Shown piece after piece: positions 28,358-45,975 of a DNA stretch of 64,000 nucleotides. Origin of the DNA: Eledone cirrhosa (lineage: Eukaryota); NCBI GenBank assembly GCA_964016885.1, contig OZ024742.1, forward strand, positions 188,232,001-188,296,000. Direction: 5' to 3'. The position numbers and the translations under genes are program-made. How positions within the stretch are numbered: position 1 is the first letter of the stretch; the number at the start of each line of letters is the position of its first letter. The notes beneath the pieces were generated by a model, which had not been told where the DNA came from, made no database searches, and was given only the letters and a program-made list of their open reading frames with translations.

Positions 28358-28464
28358 ATATATATATACAATAAAGGATCTCACACATTTTCCAATATAT
28401 ATATATATATATATTGGAAAATGTGTAAGATCCTTGGTACAGTTGAAATGAAGTCATTATTTTC

Positions 28465-28641
28465 CAGTATCGGTAGAGGGTCGGACGCCATGCTTTCCAG
28501 CATAGTTACGTCCCTTTACGATCTGAGTTCAAATCCCGCCGAGGTTGACTTTGCCTTTCATCCTTACGGGGTCGATAAAATAAAGTACCAGTAATGCACT
28601 GGATAATTGCTGGCCTTGTGCCTAAAGTAGAAACAATTATT
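28465..28641 (+). mobile_element. tRNA-derived SINE
   Basis: Matches 41245-41440. Confidence 0.9.
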
Positions 28642-28759
28642 TTCCTTTTTATCAAATATATATATATATATACATAAAAGCACACACACACATATATATA
28701 TATGTATATATATATATACACACAACGTATATACATATATATGTATATATGTATAAGCA

Positions 28760-28845
<86 letters not shown>

Positions 28846-29060
28846 CATAATATATGCAGACAGATGGTGTAGTGCACCTTACTGCTGCATTACTGCGGCA
28901 GAAACTCGAGTCCGGGAACGTTATAGGCAACCGTTTTACGTGCCTTGTGTTGAAGCAAATAACGTTATGTATACTCTGGCAATGTATCTTACATTGTCCA
29001 TGGAGTGTACTGAGATACAACCGGTACAGACATTGATAAATATGATGGGTCCGTCAATCC

Positions 29061-29092
<32 letters not shown>

Positions 29093-29094
29093 TA

Positions 29095-29164
<70 letters not shown>

Positions 29165-29205
29165 CGAAACATATGTCAATTGTATGAACTCATAATCCTT
29201 TATTT

Positions 29206-29261
29206 ACTGCTATATATATTTCGATGATAGCCACTGAATGGCTATGACCTCATCGGACAGT
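29206..29261 (-). ncRNA. Hammerhead ribozyme (core CCGATGA) in a short insert between TA tracts
   Basis: Minus strand: stem I ACTGT/GCAGT, CCGATGA, stem II GGTCATAGCCA/TGGCTATCATC, GAAA, TATATA, TA, then AATAAA. Confidence 0.65.
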
Positions 29262-29320
29262 TAGTCAGTTCTTAGATATGCCAGATCTGTGTGTATTGTG
29301 TTGATGGTATCAGAGCCTTG

Positions 29321-29374
<54 letters not shown>

Positions 29375-29400
29375 CAAGGCTCTGATACCATGAACACAAT

Positions 29401-29444
<44 letters not shown>

Positions 29445-29737
29445 CGATTTACAAGAACATTAACCCGCGTTCAATGTTAAATGTATGTCCAGAGGAAAGC
29501 TAGAAGCTATGAATTTCCTATTATCTCAATACTACAATCTTTGACAGATAACACAACAGGACCATTATCCAACTGAACAACAGAACTTATTCAATTTATT
29601 CCATATAAACACCAACATAACAACTTCAAACATAATCATTAACATTAATACCACACGCCCTGTTGCTATTATGTGCAACTATAGACATCTTCACAAATAC
29701 AGACACACATATATATACATACATATACATGCCAGTA

Positions 29738-29780
<43 letters not shown>

Positions 29781-29941
29781 ATTTATAATGTATATTTATA
29801 TATGTGTCTGTATATATGTGTATATGTATATATGTATATATTTACATATTTGTGTGTGTGTATGCGCATATATATGCGCGTGTGTATATATATATATGTA
29901 TATATATATGTATGTATATATATATAAAGATAGAGAAGTAT

Positions 29942-30044
<103 letters not shown>

Positions 30045-30092
30045 AGTATATATATTAATGTATATATATATATATATATATGCATATTTATA

Positions 30093-30180
<88 letters not shown>

Positions 30181-30187
30181 AATATAT

Positions 30188-30244
<57 letters not shown>

Positions 30245-30627
30245 GTGTGTGAGTTTATATTATATATTCGTTATAACAACAATGATTATCAACTTAACCG
30301 TTATCTCCAACAGCAGACTTACTACCCTTTGTTGACAAAACAAAGCGTTATGAATATAAGCATTGTATGATTTTATATATTCTTCTGTAGCTCACTACGT
30401 TCTCTGTTGGTTTGGACAGGGTGCCAAAAATGCCATTAGTAGAAATGGCTACCATGACTCTATTGCCTAACATACATGACACATGTCTTCGAGAATACAT
30501 TAGATTTTAATCCACTTATTTGCTATTTTCATTCCAGTGAGGGTGTTAGACACTTCGCTCTGGTATATATTCTCGCTATTAGTCTATTGTTATTGACTCT
30601 TGTCTATTTATACAAGTTGCTACGCAT

Positions 30628-30741
<114 letters not shown>

Positions 30742-30890
30742 ATACATATTTATATGTATGTATATATATATTTATATGTATGTATATATATATTTATATG
30801 TATGTATATATATATTTATATGTATGTATGTATATATATATTTATATGTATGTATATATATATTTATATGTATGTATATATATATTTATA

Positions 30891-30947
<57 letters not shown>

Positions 30948-31054
30948 TATTTCTGGCAATATTATTACAACAATATGACTCTCCCCAAGTATAACAATTT
31001 TCGTTTCGACACACCATTTCATATCAAAAACCTCGCAAAACAAATTAATTGCCG

Positions 31055-31123
<69 letters not shown>

Positions 31124-31126
<3 letters not shown>

Positions 31127-31905
31127 TGATACCTTGAGATACAAGGTTAATTCGTTCCGTGACCGAGCTCGTAACTCAATTTACTCGTATCTCAAATCAA
31201 GTTTTCCCATTGAAATTAACTGAAATGCTATTCATCCGTTCTGACCTCCTAAAACCACACCTATTTATTTATGTTACGTGTTTTTAATAAGCGAAATTAC
31301 TTAATAAAAAACAAATAATGTATAATTAAATAATAAGAACATAATAAAAGGAAGTAAATATTTCGAAAAATGTTGCAACCCAGGGAAGACAGGAAGACGA
31401 TACTTTGCTTCGTGTAAACGTTCCCTAGCAAAAAAGGGGAAAAAAACGAAGATAATACCTCATTATTTGGCGCGTTGAAAACAATTACACGCAAAGACAA
31501 AACCACGTATATGGTATAAATGAAGTCGTAGACTAATATTCTATTAGGTGGTTCGTGGAGACGTTCTCTGGCAATGAACGGAAAAAAACGAAGATAATAC
31601 GTCATTATGTGGAGCGACAAGAACAACTTATATATTTAATTTTTGTTGATTTCAATTACTTCTGTAATTTATTTATTCTTAACTCTGAAGCCGAGAATAA
31701 TTAGCTTTCCTAAATAGAATTTTAGTCTACGACTTCAGTTATACCATAAACGTGGTTATGTCTTTGCGTGTAATTGTTTTCACGGTTCCAAATAATGACG
31801 TATTATCTTCGTTTTTTTCCGTTCTTTGCCAGGGAACGTTTACACGAACCAAAGTATCGTCTTCCTGTCTTCCCTCGGTTGCAATGTTTTTCGAAATATT
31901 TACTT
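31124..31905 (+). mobile_element. Tigger/pogo-like DNA transposon remnant with internal ~185-bp inverted repeat
   Basis: TA|CAGTGATACCTTGAGATAC terminus. 31352-31536 is the reverse complement of 31722-31905. The right TIR was not found. Confidence 0.6.
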
Positions 31906-31929
31906 CTGCGCTCACAGATTGAATTTGTT

Positions 31930-32003
31930 TATTTTCAGAAGATCCCGTTAAGAGTGAAAGCAGCGATTCTTTGCTTCTTTGCTTAAACTTTAATCTGTTA
32001 TTG
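31930..32003 (+). mobile_element. Family B hammerhead-like insert fragment
   Basis: TTTCAGAAGATCCCGTTAAGAGTGAAAGCAGCGATTC...TTAATCTGTTATT matches 38429-38495. Ends in (TA)n. Confidence 0.75.
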
Positions 32004-32057
<54 letters not shown>

Positions 32058-32095
32058 TTTCATATATATATATATATATATATGTATATATTTTG

Positions 32096-32181
<86 letters not shown>

Positions 32182-33016
32182 CATTAAAACATCAGGAGGT
32201 TATATCCAAAGCGAGTAGAGTACTAAGTCCAAAACACGAGTTGCGTATAAGGTTAATTTCATAGCAGTTACCAAACTATACTTGAGACCACCAGTTGCAA
32301 CAGATGTATACTTGAACTGGTTACATTCTGCGCAGAAATATCAGTTTTCATATCCGTAAGTGGGGAGTTAACTCCAATTAAACTATAGTAGGGAATATAA
32401 CATTTGAAGTACAATAGATTGTGGTAGTGTATCCCGGGTTATCGATCATCACATGGCTAATGGAATTCGGCACCATATTCAAATGGATCTACGACCTGCA
32501 AGTTGTACATCGATGAATAATGAAATATCGTATTGAGGCTATACAAGATACTTGCCTTAACAAGAGAGCCAATTTTTTTAACCGCTCTACCCACATCTCA
32601 ACCTATTTGTTACGTAACTAGGACCCAGTATAACAAGATGCTTCACCTAGGATAACCAGATGCTTGGCGATATTACAAGCTATAGTTTTTCAAAATGTTT
32701 CTCCTCTACAACAATCTAATTGGAGTTATTTACCCTATTAAAGAAATGAAATTGACTTCTTTACCGCAAAATCTATCCAGTTTAAATATACTTCTGATCA
32801 TGTCATAAACATACACGTGTTGAAAATCCTCTTTAGTTGAAGCGCATGTTCTCAAGTATGGTTTGGTACTTGATGTGGCATTTTCTCCCCCCCCCCCTAT
32901 CTCTCTCTCATATAGATAGTGCATTAATAATAAAAAATAGTAATTCATTATGTAAAATTAAAGAACAAATACATATCCGTATATATACAGTATTAGGTTA
33001 ACCGTGATTTTCATGA

Positions 33017-33122
<106 letters not shown>

Positions 33123-33171
33123 AGAGAGAGAGATAAATATACACGGGTGTGTATGATTGTGTATAGAAGAT

Positions 33172-33562
33172 TATATTAATAAAAGGAATTCCAACTTTGT
33201 CTGATTTACTCGTTTTATTTACAATCCTTTAAAATTTATAAAGGTATTAGAATGAAATAGTATGGTAGAATATTAAATGTTAAGTGTTAATTGAACAAGT
33301 ACTTTCATGCTTTCGCAATCTTCATGTTCATAATGTGAGGTGACAGTCAAGTTTGCAATTTTCAACTGTTGAAAATTGCAAACTTGGCTGTCACCAAACA
33401 TTATGAACCTGAAGATTGCGAAAGCATGAAAGTACTTGTTCAATTAACACTTAACATTTAATATTCTACCATACTCTTTCATTCTAATACCTTTATAAAT
33501 TTTAAAGGATTGTAAATAAAACGAGTAAATCAGACAAAGTTGGAATTCCTTTTATTAATATA
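33172..33562. mobile_element. Family E fold-back palindrome (195-bp arms, 1-nt loop at 33367)
   Basis: Arms are reverse complements with about 5 mismatches counted by eye. Ends in TA repeat. Confidence 0.9.
33404..33442 (+). ncRNA. Minimal type I hammerhead ribozyme (family E)
   Basis: Stem I TGAAC/GTTCA, CTGAAGA, stem II TGC-GAAA-GCA, GAAA, palindromic GTAC, CUU triplet. The mirror arm (33292-33330) has C3A. Confidence 0.85.
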
Positions 33563-33567
33563 TATAT

Positions 33568-33767
33568 ATAGGAACGAGTAGGACCCCGACGGTTGAGCTG
33601 AAGCCGTTTAGACGGCTAATTCTGGGCTAATAGTCCAGAATTAGCCGTCGAAACGGCTTGAGCTCAGCCGTCGGGGTCCTACTCGTTCCTATTACCCACA
33701 CTACTACCCTAAGTATTGAGTACTTTGGTGCGTTATGGTCCACCTGGTTCATTACCACATTTCCTTC

Positions 33768-33771
<4 letters not shown>
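33568..33771 (+). mobile_element. Family A fold-back insert (palindrome 33568-33692 plus 80-bp tail)
   Basis: Centre at 33630. The forward arm has the 3' half of a hammerhead (GAAACGGCT-TGAGCTC-AGCCGTC-GGGGTCC). The tail is shared with 1496-1552, 49011-49098 and 54469-54548. Confidence 0.85.
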
Positions 33772-33806
<35 letters not shown>

Positions 33807-33966
33807 GTGTTTGTGTTTTGAAACAAATGACATTGATATACATTGACTATATACGCTTTTAAGCGTAGTGCCCCATAGTTTGAAAAGAATTAATGAATTT
33901 AATACAATACGTGTGAAGCAATCCACTCAATGTATTTCTGGTATTGTGCCTCAATTAGAACGCTAT

Positions 33967-34070
33967 ATTGGCAGTATCGGTAGATTGATCAAAAACCTGA
34001 TGTGTGGCACAGTTACGCCCCGTTACGTTCTGAGTTCAAATCTAGACGATATTACCTTTGCTGTTCTTCC
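33967..34070 (+). mobile_element. Truncated tRNA-derived SINE head
   Basis: TTGGCAGTATCGGTAG...GAGTTCAAATC...CTTTGC. Confidence 0.7.
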
Positions 34071-34229
34071 TAGTAGTAGTGATAGTGGTAGTGGTAGTAG
34101 TATCGGGGATAGTGGTAGTAGTAATTGTAGTAGTAGTCGTGGTAGTATTTGTAGTATTAAAATAGTAGTGGTAGGAGTAGTAAATGTGTAATATTATCAG
34201 CTGTACAACCATTTAACCAAACACATACC

Positions 34230-34690
34230 CAACGATACTACGAGACAACCTCACAACCAGCCAACCAACTACACAACCAACCAGCCACACCACCCAACCA
34301 GCCACAAAACCATCAACGATCAACTTGACCACCCAAGTATCCACACAACCATCAACCAGCCCCACAATCAGCCACAACACACAATCAGCCATTCACACAA
34401 TTATATATCCACACAACCAGACAGATATCCCCACAACCACCCAACCAGCCAGACACACAACCAACCTGCCACACAACCAGCCAAACTGCCACACTACCGG
34501 CCAGCAAGCCACAAGTCTGTCTAGCCTCACAACCTGTCAGATAGCAACACAACCATCCAACCAGCGAGACACACCTCCTGTCAGGCACCCACGCAACTAG
34601 ACAAGCATCCACTCAACTAGCCAAGCAGAAGTATTACCAGCCAGCCAGTCAACCAGCCAGACAGCCACACGACCATCCAGCCATACAGCC
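34230..34690. repeat. Degenerate (CAAC/CAGC)n low-complexity tract
   Basis: Repeating CAACCAGCCA-like motifs. Confidence 0.8.
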
Positions 34691-34922
34691 AAATAATGAA
34701 GCAATATAATTACTCGGCTGCTAGTTAGTGTAACAGACAAGCGAACAGAGAATTTAATTGCGATGGAACAGTAATGATCGATAATTAATTGAAGTGTCTC
34801 AATGAGTTTGCAGGTGGTGGTACCATACTCATGTATGGGTATGCGTGTGTGTGTGTTTGAATTGTATGGGTATGTGTGTGTGTGACTGAATAATGTTGGT
34901 GTAAGTCAATGGTATATATAAA

Positions 34923-35046
<124 letters not shown>

Positions 35047-35714
35047 ATATATATATATATATATATATATGGGGGGATGTAAATGTGTGTTTGTTGGGGT
35101 ATAGGAATATTTTACATATGAATACATGCGTATATGTACATGTGTACATGTATGTGTGTGTGTAAATGTGCTGGCTTGTATGCGTGTGAGTGTGGTGTCA
35201 TTTGTTACAAAACAGATATATATTCAATATAAACCTACACTAATACCCAAACACAATAAATATATATATAAAAATGTCAAATATATACACATATAAACGG
35301 GTTGGAAATTTAGCCATTATCGATGTGTCTAATTAAGAGATTCACTAGCGTGAAGGACATTAATGAAGTGAATAGAGAAATGAAGGCATGTGTTGGGTAT
35401 TGGATGGGATGCTGACGGTAATAGTGAGTGTTTCTTGTCAATTGTATCTGACAGAATTTGTTTTATACTTAACGAAGTGTCACATAGTATATGGCACTAG
35501 AACAGTCATTGAACAGCCCCTTGTCCAAATTAATGTTTAGACAGACAAATGCACAGAGACGTGCATTTACAAACACACACACAAAAGCTCACATATACAT
35601 ATAAAATCTCCCTATGGTAAAAAGTGTCGATTGTGTTTGAATTTATTGTGTTCTTTCCGTGAAAGAACCCTCTAAATTCTTTCCGTGAAAGAACTCTCTA
35701 TTTTTTTTTTTTAA

Positions 35715-35955
35715 ACCAACAGTTGCTCGTGAATACCAGTCTCTTCTCTCCAGCCAAAGAAATTGTCTAAAGGAAAGGCAAAGGCCGATACACCTTGGTG
35801 CCAGGGACGTTGCAACTCATGTCTTCAGTTGAATGGCATTGAGCTACGTGAAATAACGTATCTTACTCACGGCTACAATGCACCACGCTGTCTGGAATTC
35901 AGACTCACAAACTCACGATTTTAAGTCCAACGCACTAAACACTAAGCCACACACT
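35715..35955 (-). mobile_element. Second tRNA-derived SINE family, diverged
   Basis: The minus strand starts GTGTGGCTTAGTGTTTAGTGCG (A box) with a degenerate B box, followed by a TATTTCACGTAGCTC body. Confidence 0.55.
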
Positions 35956-36195
35956 CTCATATTACATATATATAAATTCAAAAGCATATACTTGAAGTAA
36001 ATTATGAGCTTTTCCAATTATATTTTGACCTCTGTTTATTTCTAACAATTAAAGCCAGTCTTCTTGTCAATGTTACCAGCATTCGGCATATTTGCTTTAT
36101 AATCAGGAAAGCTGAAATTGAGCATATTTTTCTTCACAAATTTTTCACGATCAGAACTCATACTCATATAAGTCTATCTTTCTCTCTCCCTCTCT

Positions 36196-36285
<90 letters not shown>

Positions 36286-36823
36286 ATTTGAAAATATCGG
36301 TTTTTTTACATTGTGTTTTCCCCTCCAAATACTCGCTTATATTTCTTTATATATTCTCTATATATTTTTTTACATATATATTTTTTATCTTTATTATTTC
36401 CACTTTTATCCTCCTTTATATTTTACCTTATTCTTACTTTTATACCTTATTATAGTGTAATCTTCCCCTTGCCTTATTATACATTATTAATTATAGATTA
36501 TTATTATTACTCTTTTTCCATTTCTAATTGCCTCATGTACTTTCTCCTCCGTTATATATATATATATTGTATGCCCTTTCTGTTTGTGTAGCCTCTGCAC
36601 ACCCTCTGCACCATACTATCGACGCCACCCCATCTATGGTTCAGCTAACCACTCGACTCCCGGGAATGAATATGACCGCAGCCAGTAAACAAGGACTCAC
36701 ACCCCACCCTCCCGCACCAAAATTAGACTTATCGTCCCCTACTTTTGCTCTTTACTCTCTTTACTCTTTGTTCTTGAATGTTTGGTTGGTAGAGTCCATA
36801 ACACCAATCAAACCCCTTTTATA

Positions 36824-36868
36824 GCTCTGACGAATCCTACGGTTACGTAAGGAAGAAACATTGTAAGC
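36824..36868 (+). ncRNA. Minimal type I hammerhead in a Penelope-like 3' end (about 36283-36915, between TA tracts)
   Basis: Stem I GCT/AGC, CTGACGA, stem II TCCTAC/GTAAGGA, GAAA, CATTG, GUA triplet. AATAAA at 36870. Confidence 0.75.
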
Positions 36869-36940
36869 CAATAAAAATCTTTTGATGTTGTAGACGCTCT
36901 TGTGTTCTTTATCATATATTATATATATATATATATATAT

Positions 36941-39995
<3,055 letters not shown>

Positions 39996-40002
39996 TATGT
40001 GT

Positions 40003-40038
<36 letters not shown>

Positions 40039-41167
40039 TTGTGTGTGTGTATATATATATATATCACAAATACCCCGAAATATATTATTCGATATAAGAC
40101 TCCAGTATGATTTGCCTCCCCAGAAAAATGGCACTATATTCATCATAAGCAGAATGTCATTGTAGTGACACACACATGTGCGACGACGACAAGTCGTAAC
40201 ATGCTAAGAAACAGTCTTTACTGGAAACGCAAGATTTCATAAAATCAGTCATTTCAATACTATAATCAACAAAATACGAAGAAAAGGCAAGTCTTCTGAC
40301 AACACATTCACATCAGTATTTTCATAAAAAATGGAATAATTGTAAACCTATAAATATTATAGGTTATTGCTAACTGATTACTATCATTTATTTATGAAGC
40401 CAATACAAAGAAAAGCTAACTAATTTTATGTTAATCGAATGAATAAATTCTTGCGTTACTTATTATTATACAAATGTGTGCTGAAACTTTCCTGGCTTTG
40501 TTTAGAAGAAAATACAGGAGAATCAGTTAATTATGAATATATTCAACATATTCCCCTCTCAAGATTCACGCACCTATTGCAGTGGTCCTTCAGTTTTTCT
40601 AAGCCCATTATATAGAACTCATCCTCTGTAGCAGTGATCAAGACAGGACCTTTTCAGCACTCGCTCGTATATGTTTTACTCGAGTAGTAAACGAGCACAC
40701 AAGAACATTGTAAAAGTATGTTATACGATATTTATTTACTGGAGATAAAACGAATAGATATGAAAGCTATTTAATTATAAAGAATTTAAATGTAATAATA
40801 ATCCCTAAATTATTACAAAAAAATAAATCTAATGGTATTAGATATTAAACGAGTGTAGAAAAAGTACGGACAATTTTATGTGGACTGTGTAAATTATGTT
40901 ATTGTCTACAAATTAAAAAACGTTTTAACCAGCTTAGAAATCCCCAAAGCGCCAATGGAACGCAAATCACATTCGGATCCATTTGTTTTTTATATGGGCT
41001 ACCTGAGGTAATATCGATAAATGTAAAACTATAACTTCTCTTTAAATTATGTAATGACTAAATATAATGTGTGGCGGGTGTAAAGTATTGTTTACTTTCA
41101 TTTCTTAAAAACATGTAAATGGACGTCGTAAATCCGAATGTATATATATATCATCATCATTATTATT

Positions 41168-41440
41168 GGCGTCGATAAAATAAAGTACCAGTAATGTACT
41201 GGGTGATTGCTGGCCTTGTGCCAAAAGTAGAAACAATTATTATTGGCGGTGAATTGGCAGTATCGGTAGAGGTTTGGACGCCATGCTTCCTAGCATAGTT
41301 ACGTCCCTTTACCATCTGAGTTCAAATCCCGCCGAGGTTAACTTTGCCCTTCATCCTTACGGGGTCGATAAAATAAAGTACCAGTAATGTACTGGTTAAT
41401 TGCTGGCCTTGTGCCTAAAGTAGAAACAATTATTATTATT
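41168..41440 (+). mobile_element. tRNA-derived SINE (full copy 41245-41440) preceded by a 3' fragment of the same SINE
   Basis: A box TGGCAGTATCGG, B box GAGTTCAAATCC, core GCCCTTCATCCTTACGGGGTCGATAAAATAAAGTACCAG (MetaSINE-like from memory), ATT tail. Confidence 0.9.
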
Positions 41441-41559
41441 ACTATTTCCTGAATCCTGGCAAATCTTTAACAGAATTTATGTTTTGGAAGCAGGTAATAA
41501 CAAATAACCAATGGTTTTAAAGTACCCTTCAGATTTACGTCCCAAAATTAGGTTCCATT

Positions 41560-41700
41560 CAAATTTACGTTCTCAAAATTATTGCTGTTCCTAACAAGGC
41601 TGTCTGGTTTAGAGTGCATATATTTATCTCTACTCCATTTCCCCAAGGCAATTCTTTAATTTCTTTGACTCCGTTCTAAATTTTATAGTTCCTACAGATA
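41560..41700 (-). mobile_element. R4/Dong-like LINE extreme C-terminal remnant
   Basis: The minus strand translates LNQTALLGTAIILRT*, like the LQKxALLGTAxILR terminus. Confidence 0.45.
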
Positions 41701-42699
41701 ATATTTTTCCTTTTTTTTTCATTTTCCATAAAGTCGCAACTTCTCGTTTTAGAACCCCATACTGTTTATCTTCTCCATCTCTTTTTCATCCATTCTGTTG
41801 TCCCCATGAACTGCAATATTTATTACAGTAAAATGTTTGGTGTTTTTCTTGATAATTATTATACCTACCTTCCATGCTTCAAACATATTGTCACATTGTA
41901 TAATAAAATCCTACAATATCATATTCTCACTGTTATCAAGGATACTTTTGTTGGTATTTTCTTACTATTTATTTGCTCCCTCAAGGCGAAACGTCTCACA
42001 ATGATTCCAGTGAACTAGTTGTACTATGTTGGTATGACTTCGCTTGTATTCTCTTTAACCACGTTCAGAGTATTCGATTACTATCTGGTTGATAGTCTCT
42101 CCGTTAGCCCCAGACATCCTACACAATGTCGAATCACTTTTATTATCAATATGTTTCTTCACATAATTTGTCTTGACGGACTGCTCTTGTGCAGCTCAGT
42201 TTAAAGCTTCAGTCCCAACATTTCAATCACTTTCATTCATCCCCTTCCAAGTGTTAGTCATTTCGATACAATCAACCATTTCTCGTCACAATCATTTCTC
42301 AACACAATCAACCAAATTGATCCCGCAACCCCCCCCCCCCCCCCAACTTATGAATTTCCTCTTAATTTTTCTTCTTTTCGTATTCACATTTTTTGATGCA
42401 GTTTTCATACTTTATTACATGGGATCCTTTTATATTAAACGCAATTAATTCGACAGTATTGGTAACACACCATCCTGACCTATTTTTCGTCACTTTCTAT
42501 ACAGTTTCCGCATCCAATGAAACCACGTGCTTCCTTGGTAGATACAATCTATGAATATCACTTCTCGGGTAAAATGCACCACATATATTCAAAATCTTCA
42601 TTGTTTTTACGTCTAAAACCCACATTTCTTTTTGTCTCCAGTTCAACACTCTACGGCGATATTACAGTACAGTTGCAACTCTTGTGTTTACAGCCAGAG

Positions 42700-42892
42700 G
42701 ATTGGCAGTATCGTTAAAGCAGCGGACAGCATGCTTTACAACATATAGTTACGGCGCTTTACATTATAAGTTTACATCCTACTGAAGTTAGCTTTACTTT
42801 TCATCCTTACAGGGTCGATAAAATAAAGTACCAGTAATGCACTGGTAGCGATTCAATCGACTTTCCCCTCCCCAAAATTGTTGGCCTTGTTA
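42700..42892 (+). mobile_element. tRNA-derived SINE, variant subfamily
   Basis: Same head and core, with an extra GATTCAATCGACTTTCCCCTCCCC segment. Confidence 0.8.
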
Positions 42893-43931
42893 TTATATCG
42901 TGTCATCACTGCATTATCGAACACATCTCACTGCACCTTATGTATGTGGAATGGTGTTTCTGGTATTATATTCCCATTATCTTGAAACTACTCTTCGTAA
43001 TGTGCGTGTAGTGCTTAGTAGTGCGACATACTTTATGCTGTATATATTCTTACGTCCTGTGTGCGTTTTATCACTCAAAGTGCATTTATCATTTTAAGTA
43101 TTATTCCTATTTTCGTCATCCACATTCGAATTATTAATATCTACATATCCATATATTTGCATAATTTCCACATTTCCTCGATATATATATTATCATGTAC
43201 GTGGATAAATACATCAATTAGAATACATTTTTGGGAGGTCTTGAAACTATTAATGATATATAGATAGAGAGAATGGGGAGTGGTGAAATTGCTGGAACTT
43301 CATCGCCCTTTACGGGTTGAATGATGTGATTTGAACTAAGGGAACTTTGAGGGCAGGGCTTGAAAAATACCGCAAGGCATTCTATCCGACCCTTTAAAAT
43401 TATTGTCATTCTTGTCGTCGTTATAGTTCGTCGCCATGGTTTATGTCACTGGCCTATGATCATAAAACACCCAATTGTAATGATTGATCCTGACTTGTTA
43501 ATGCTATGGCTGGATTAATTTATGAATAAAACCTTTCCGAATTTACAAAAATGAAGTAACATTTTAGTGAGACTTGGCTTCTATTTATAGTGGATCAATC
43601 CCTCGACTGGGGATATTAAGACAGCGTAGTTATAGTCCCATCAGTGAAACAAAACGATGATAGAAGCAATGATTCAATTACTAGAGGCGAAATATGCCAA
43701 ATCAATGACACGCCGCCGATATTTGTCTAATGTTCTCTTAAAGATAGCCATGGCCACCATTTTTGTTAGGAAGCTAAATTGTATGTATAATTGTTTGTGA
43801 GTGTATTTCTATTTTTAAGTACATTTCTATTGGGTTACATCTATCTATGTGTATGGCTGCCTGTCTCCCTCTCTTTGCCTGTCTGTTTCTCTCTCTTTCT
43901 GAACACCTCTCTCTCTCACTCTCTCTCTCTG

Positions 43932-44042
<111 letters not shown>

Positions 44043-44345
44043 TGTGTAGATAAACATATAGTTATATATATTTGTATGATATTATGCCTATAAATATATC
44101 TATATATATAATTATACCTATACAGTATATGTATACTTATGAACGAGCTCCAACTGAACATGGACAGAAAACATGAGTGGGATAACAACAACATCCCAAT
44201 TAGTTACTAAAGACAAGATAAATACATATAGACACACAAATATCCGAGCTAAGAAAACAAACCAGAAACACACAGATAGAACAAGCAACCATTGAGTGAG
44301 AAGTAAATAAAAGTATAACTACACACACACACACACACACACGCA

Positions 44346-44388
<43 letters not shown>

Positions 44389-44766
44389 ACACACACACAC
44401 ACACACACACGCACACATATACACACACACATACACACACACACGGCTATAATACATTCGTAAACCAAGTACACAGAACACAGCTCAGAAAAACAAGATT
44501 GTATAGCACAGTCACTGAGGCGGTCACAGAAAGTGTGCAGAAATTAAACAACCAACCGGCTATTAAACTAATCAAGTGGAAGTTTATAATAAATTGATGG
44601 GAAAATCACAGGTGCGTGTGTTTTTAATGGCAGCATGGCCCTCCCAAATTATAACAATGTATATATATATGCATCTGTGTGTCTGTGTGAGTGTGTATAC
44701 CTTTTTGTGTATATACATGTGTGTGTGTGTGTACATCTAAGTATTCATGTGTGTGGGGATATGATA

Positions 44767-44821
<55 letters not shown>

Positions 44822-45561
44822 TTCTCTGTATATATAACGTAGTGTGGGAATCATTCCGCCATTACGATAACAGAGGTCTAATTCCAGAGTCGGGTCCGAT
44901 TAATACAGATCGAACCTTCAGCTGATCAACTGAATAACGCGTGTCACCTCAATAAATGTAATGAAAATGTGACACACCGTCCATATTAACATTATAAATA
45001 CATATGGGTGTGTGGGCTGCGGGGGGGGGGGGGGGGTACGCGTGTGTGTACACGTTGAAAAAAAAATCGTGTCTTGTGGTCTAGGTAAGAAGCCTACGGC
45101 CATGCAATTGTGTACCCAAGTCACTAACATCTAGAGGCAAGCAACCTAACGATATATTTGAGCCAATAATGAATGGAAAGATGAAATGCATTTAAGTGGA
45201 TTCCACATATATTTCTATGGTATTTCGCAACGGAGCCATAAAACTTAACATAAACATGTCGTATATGTATTGTATGAACTAATAAACTAATGTGGTTTGT
45301 TTTGAACACAATATGAAATCACATTATGGATGAAATATCAAGCGATGTATTCATCTAATATCGCCTTATGATGACTAAAAGGACATTGCTTAATCTGCGT
45401 ATTTTGGAGTCTCTCTCTCTCTCCCTCTATCCCTCTCTCTCTTTCTCTCTCTGCCTCTCTCTCTCTCTCTCTCTATCTCTGTATATATATATATATATAT
45501 ATATATAACTGTGTGTGTGTATGTGTGTGTGTCAATATGTGTATGTGTGTGTGTGTATATA

Positions 45562-45597
<36 letters not shown>

Positions 45598-45659
45598 TAT
45601 ATATATGTGTATATATATATATATATGTATATGTACATGTTATATATATATATATATAT

Positions 45660-45690
<31 letters not shown>

Positions 45691-45704
45691 GTAAATATAT
45701 ATGT

Positions 45705-45796
<92 letters not shown>

Positions 45797-45800
45797 ATAT

Positions 45801-45975
<175 letters not shown>

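Noticed and set aside
34325-34600. Thr/Gln/Pro-rich mucin-like ORF
   Set aside because: It is a product of the degenerate CAAC/CAGC low-complexity tract.
41245-41330. tRNA gene
   Set aside because: A and B boxes are present but there is no cloverleaf. It is the head of a multi-copy SINE.
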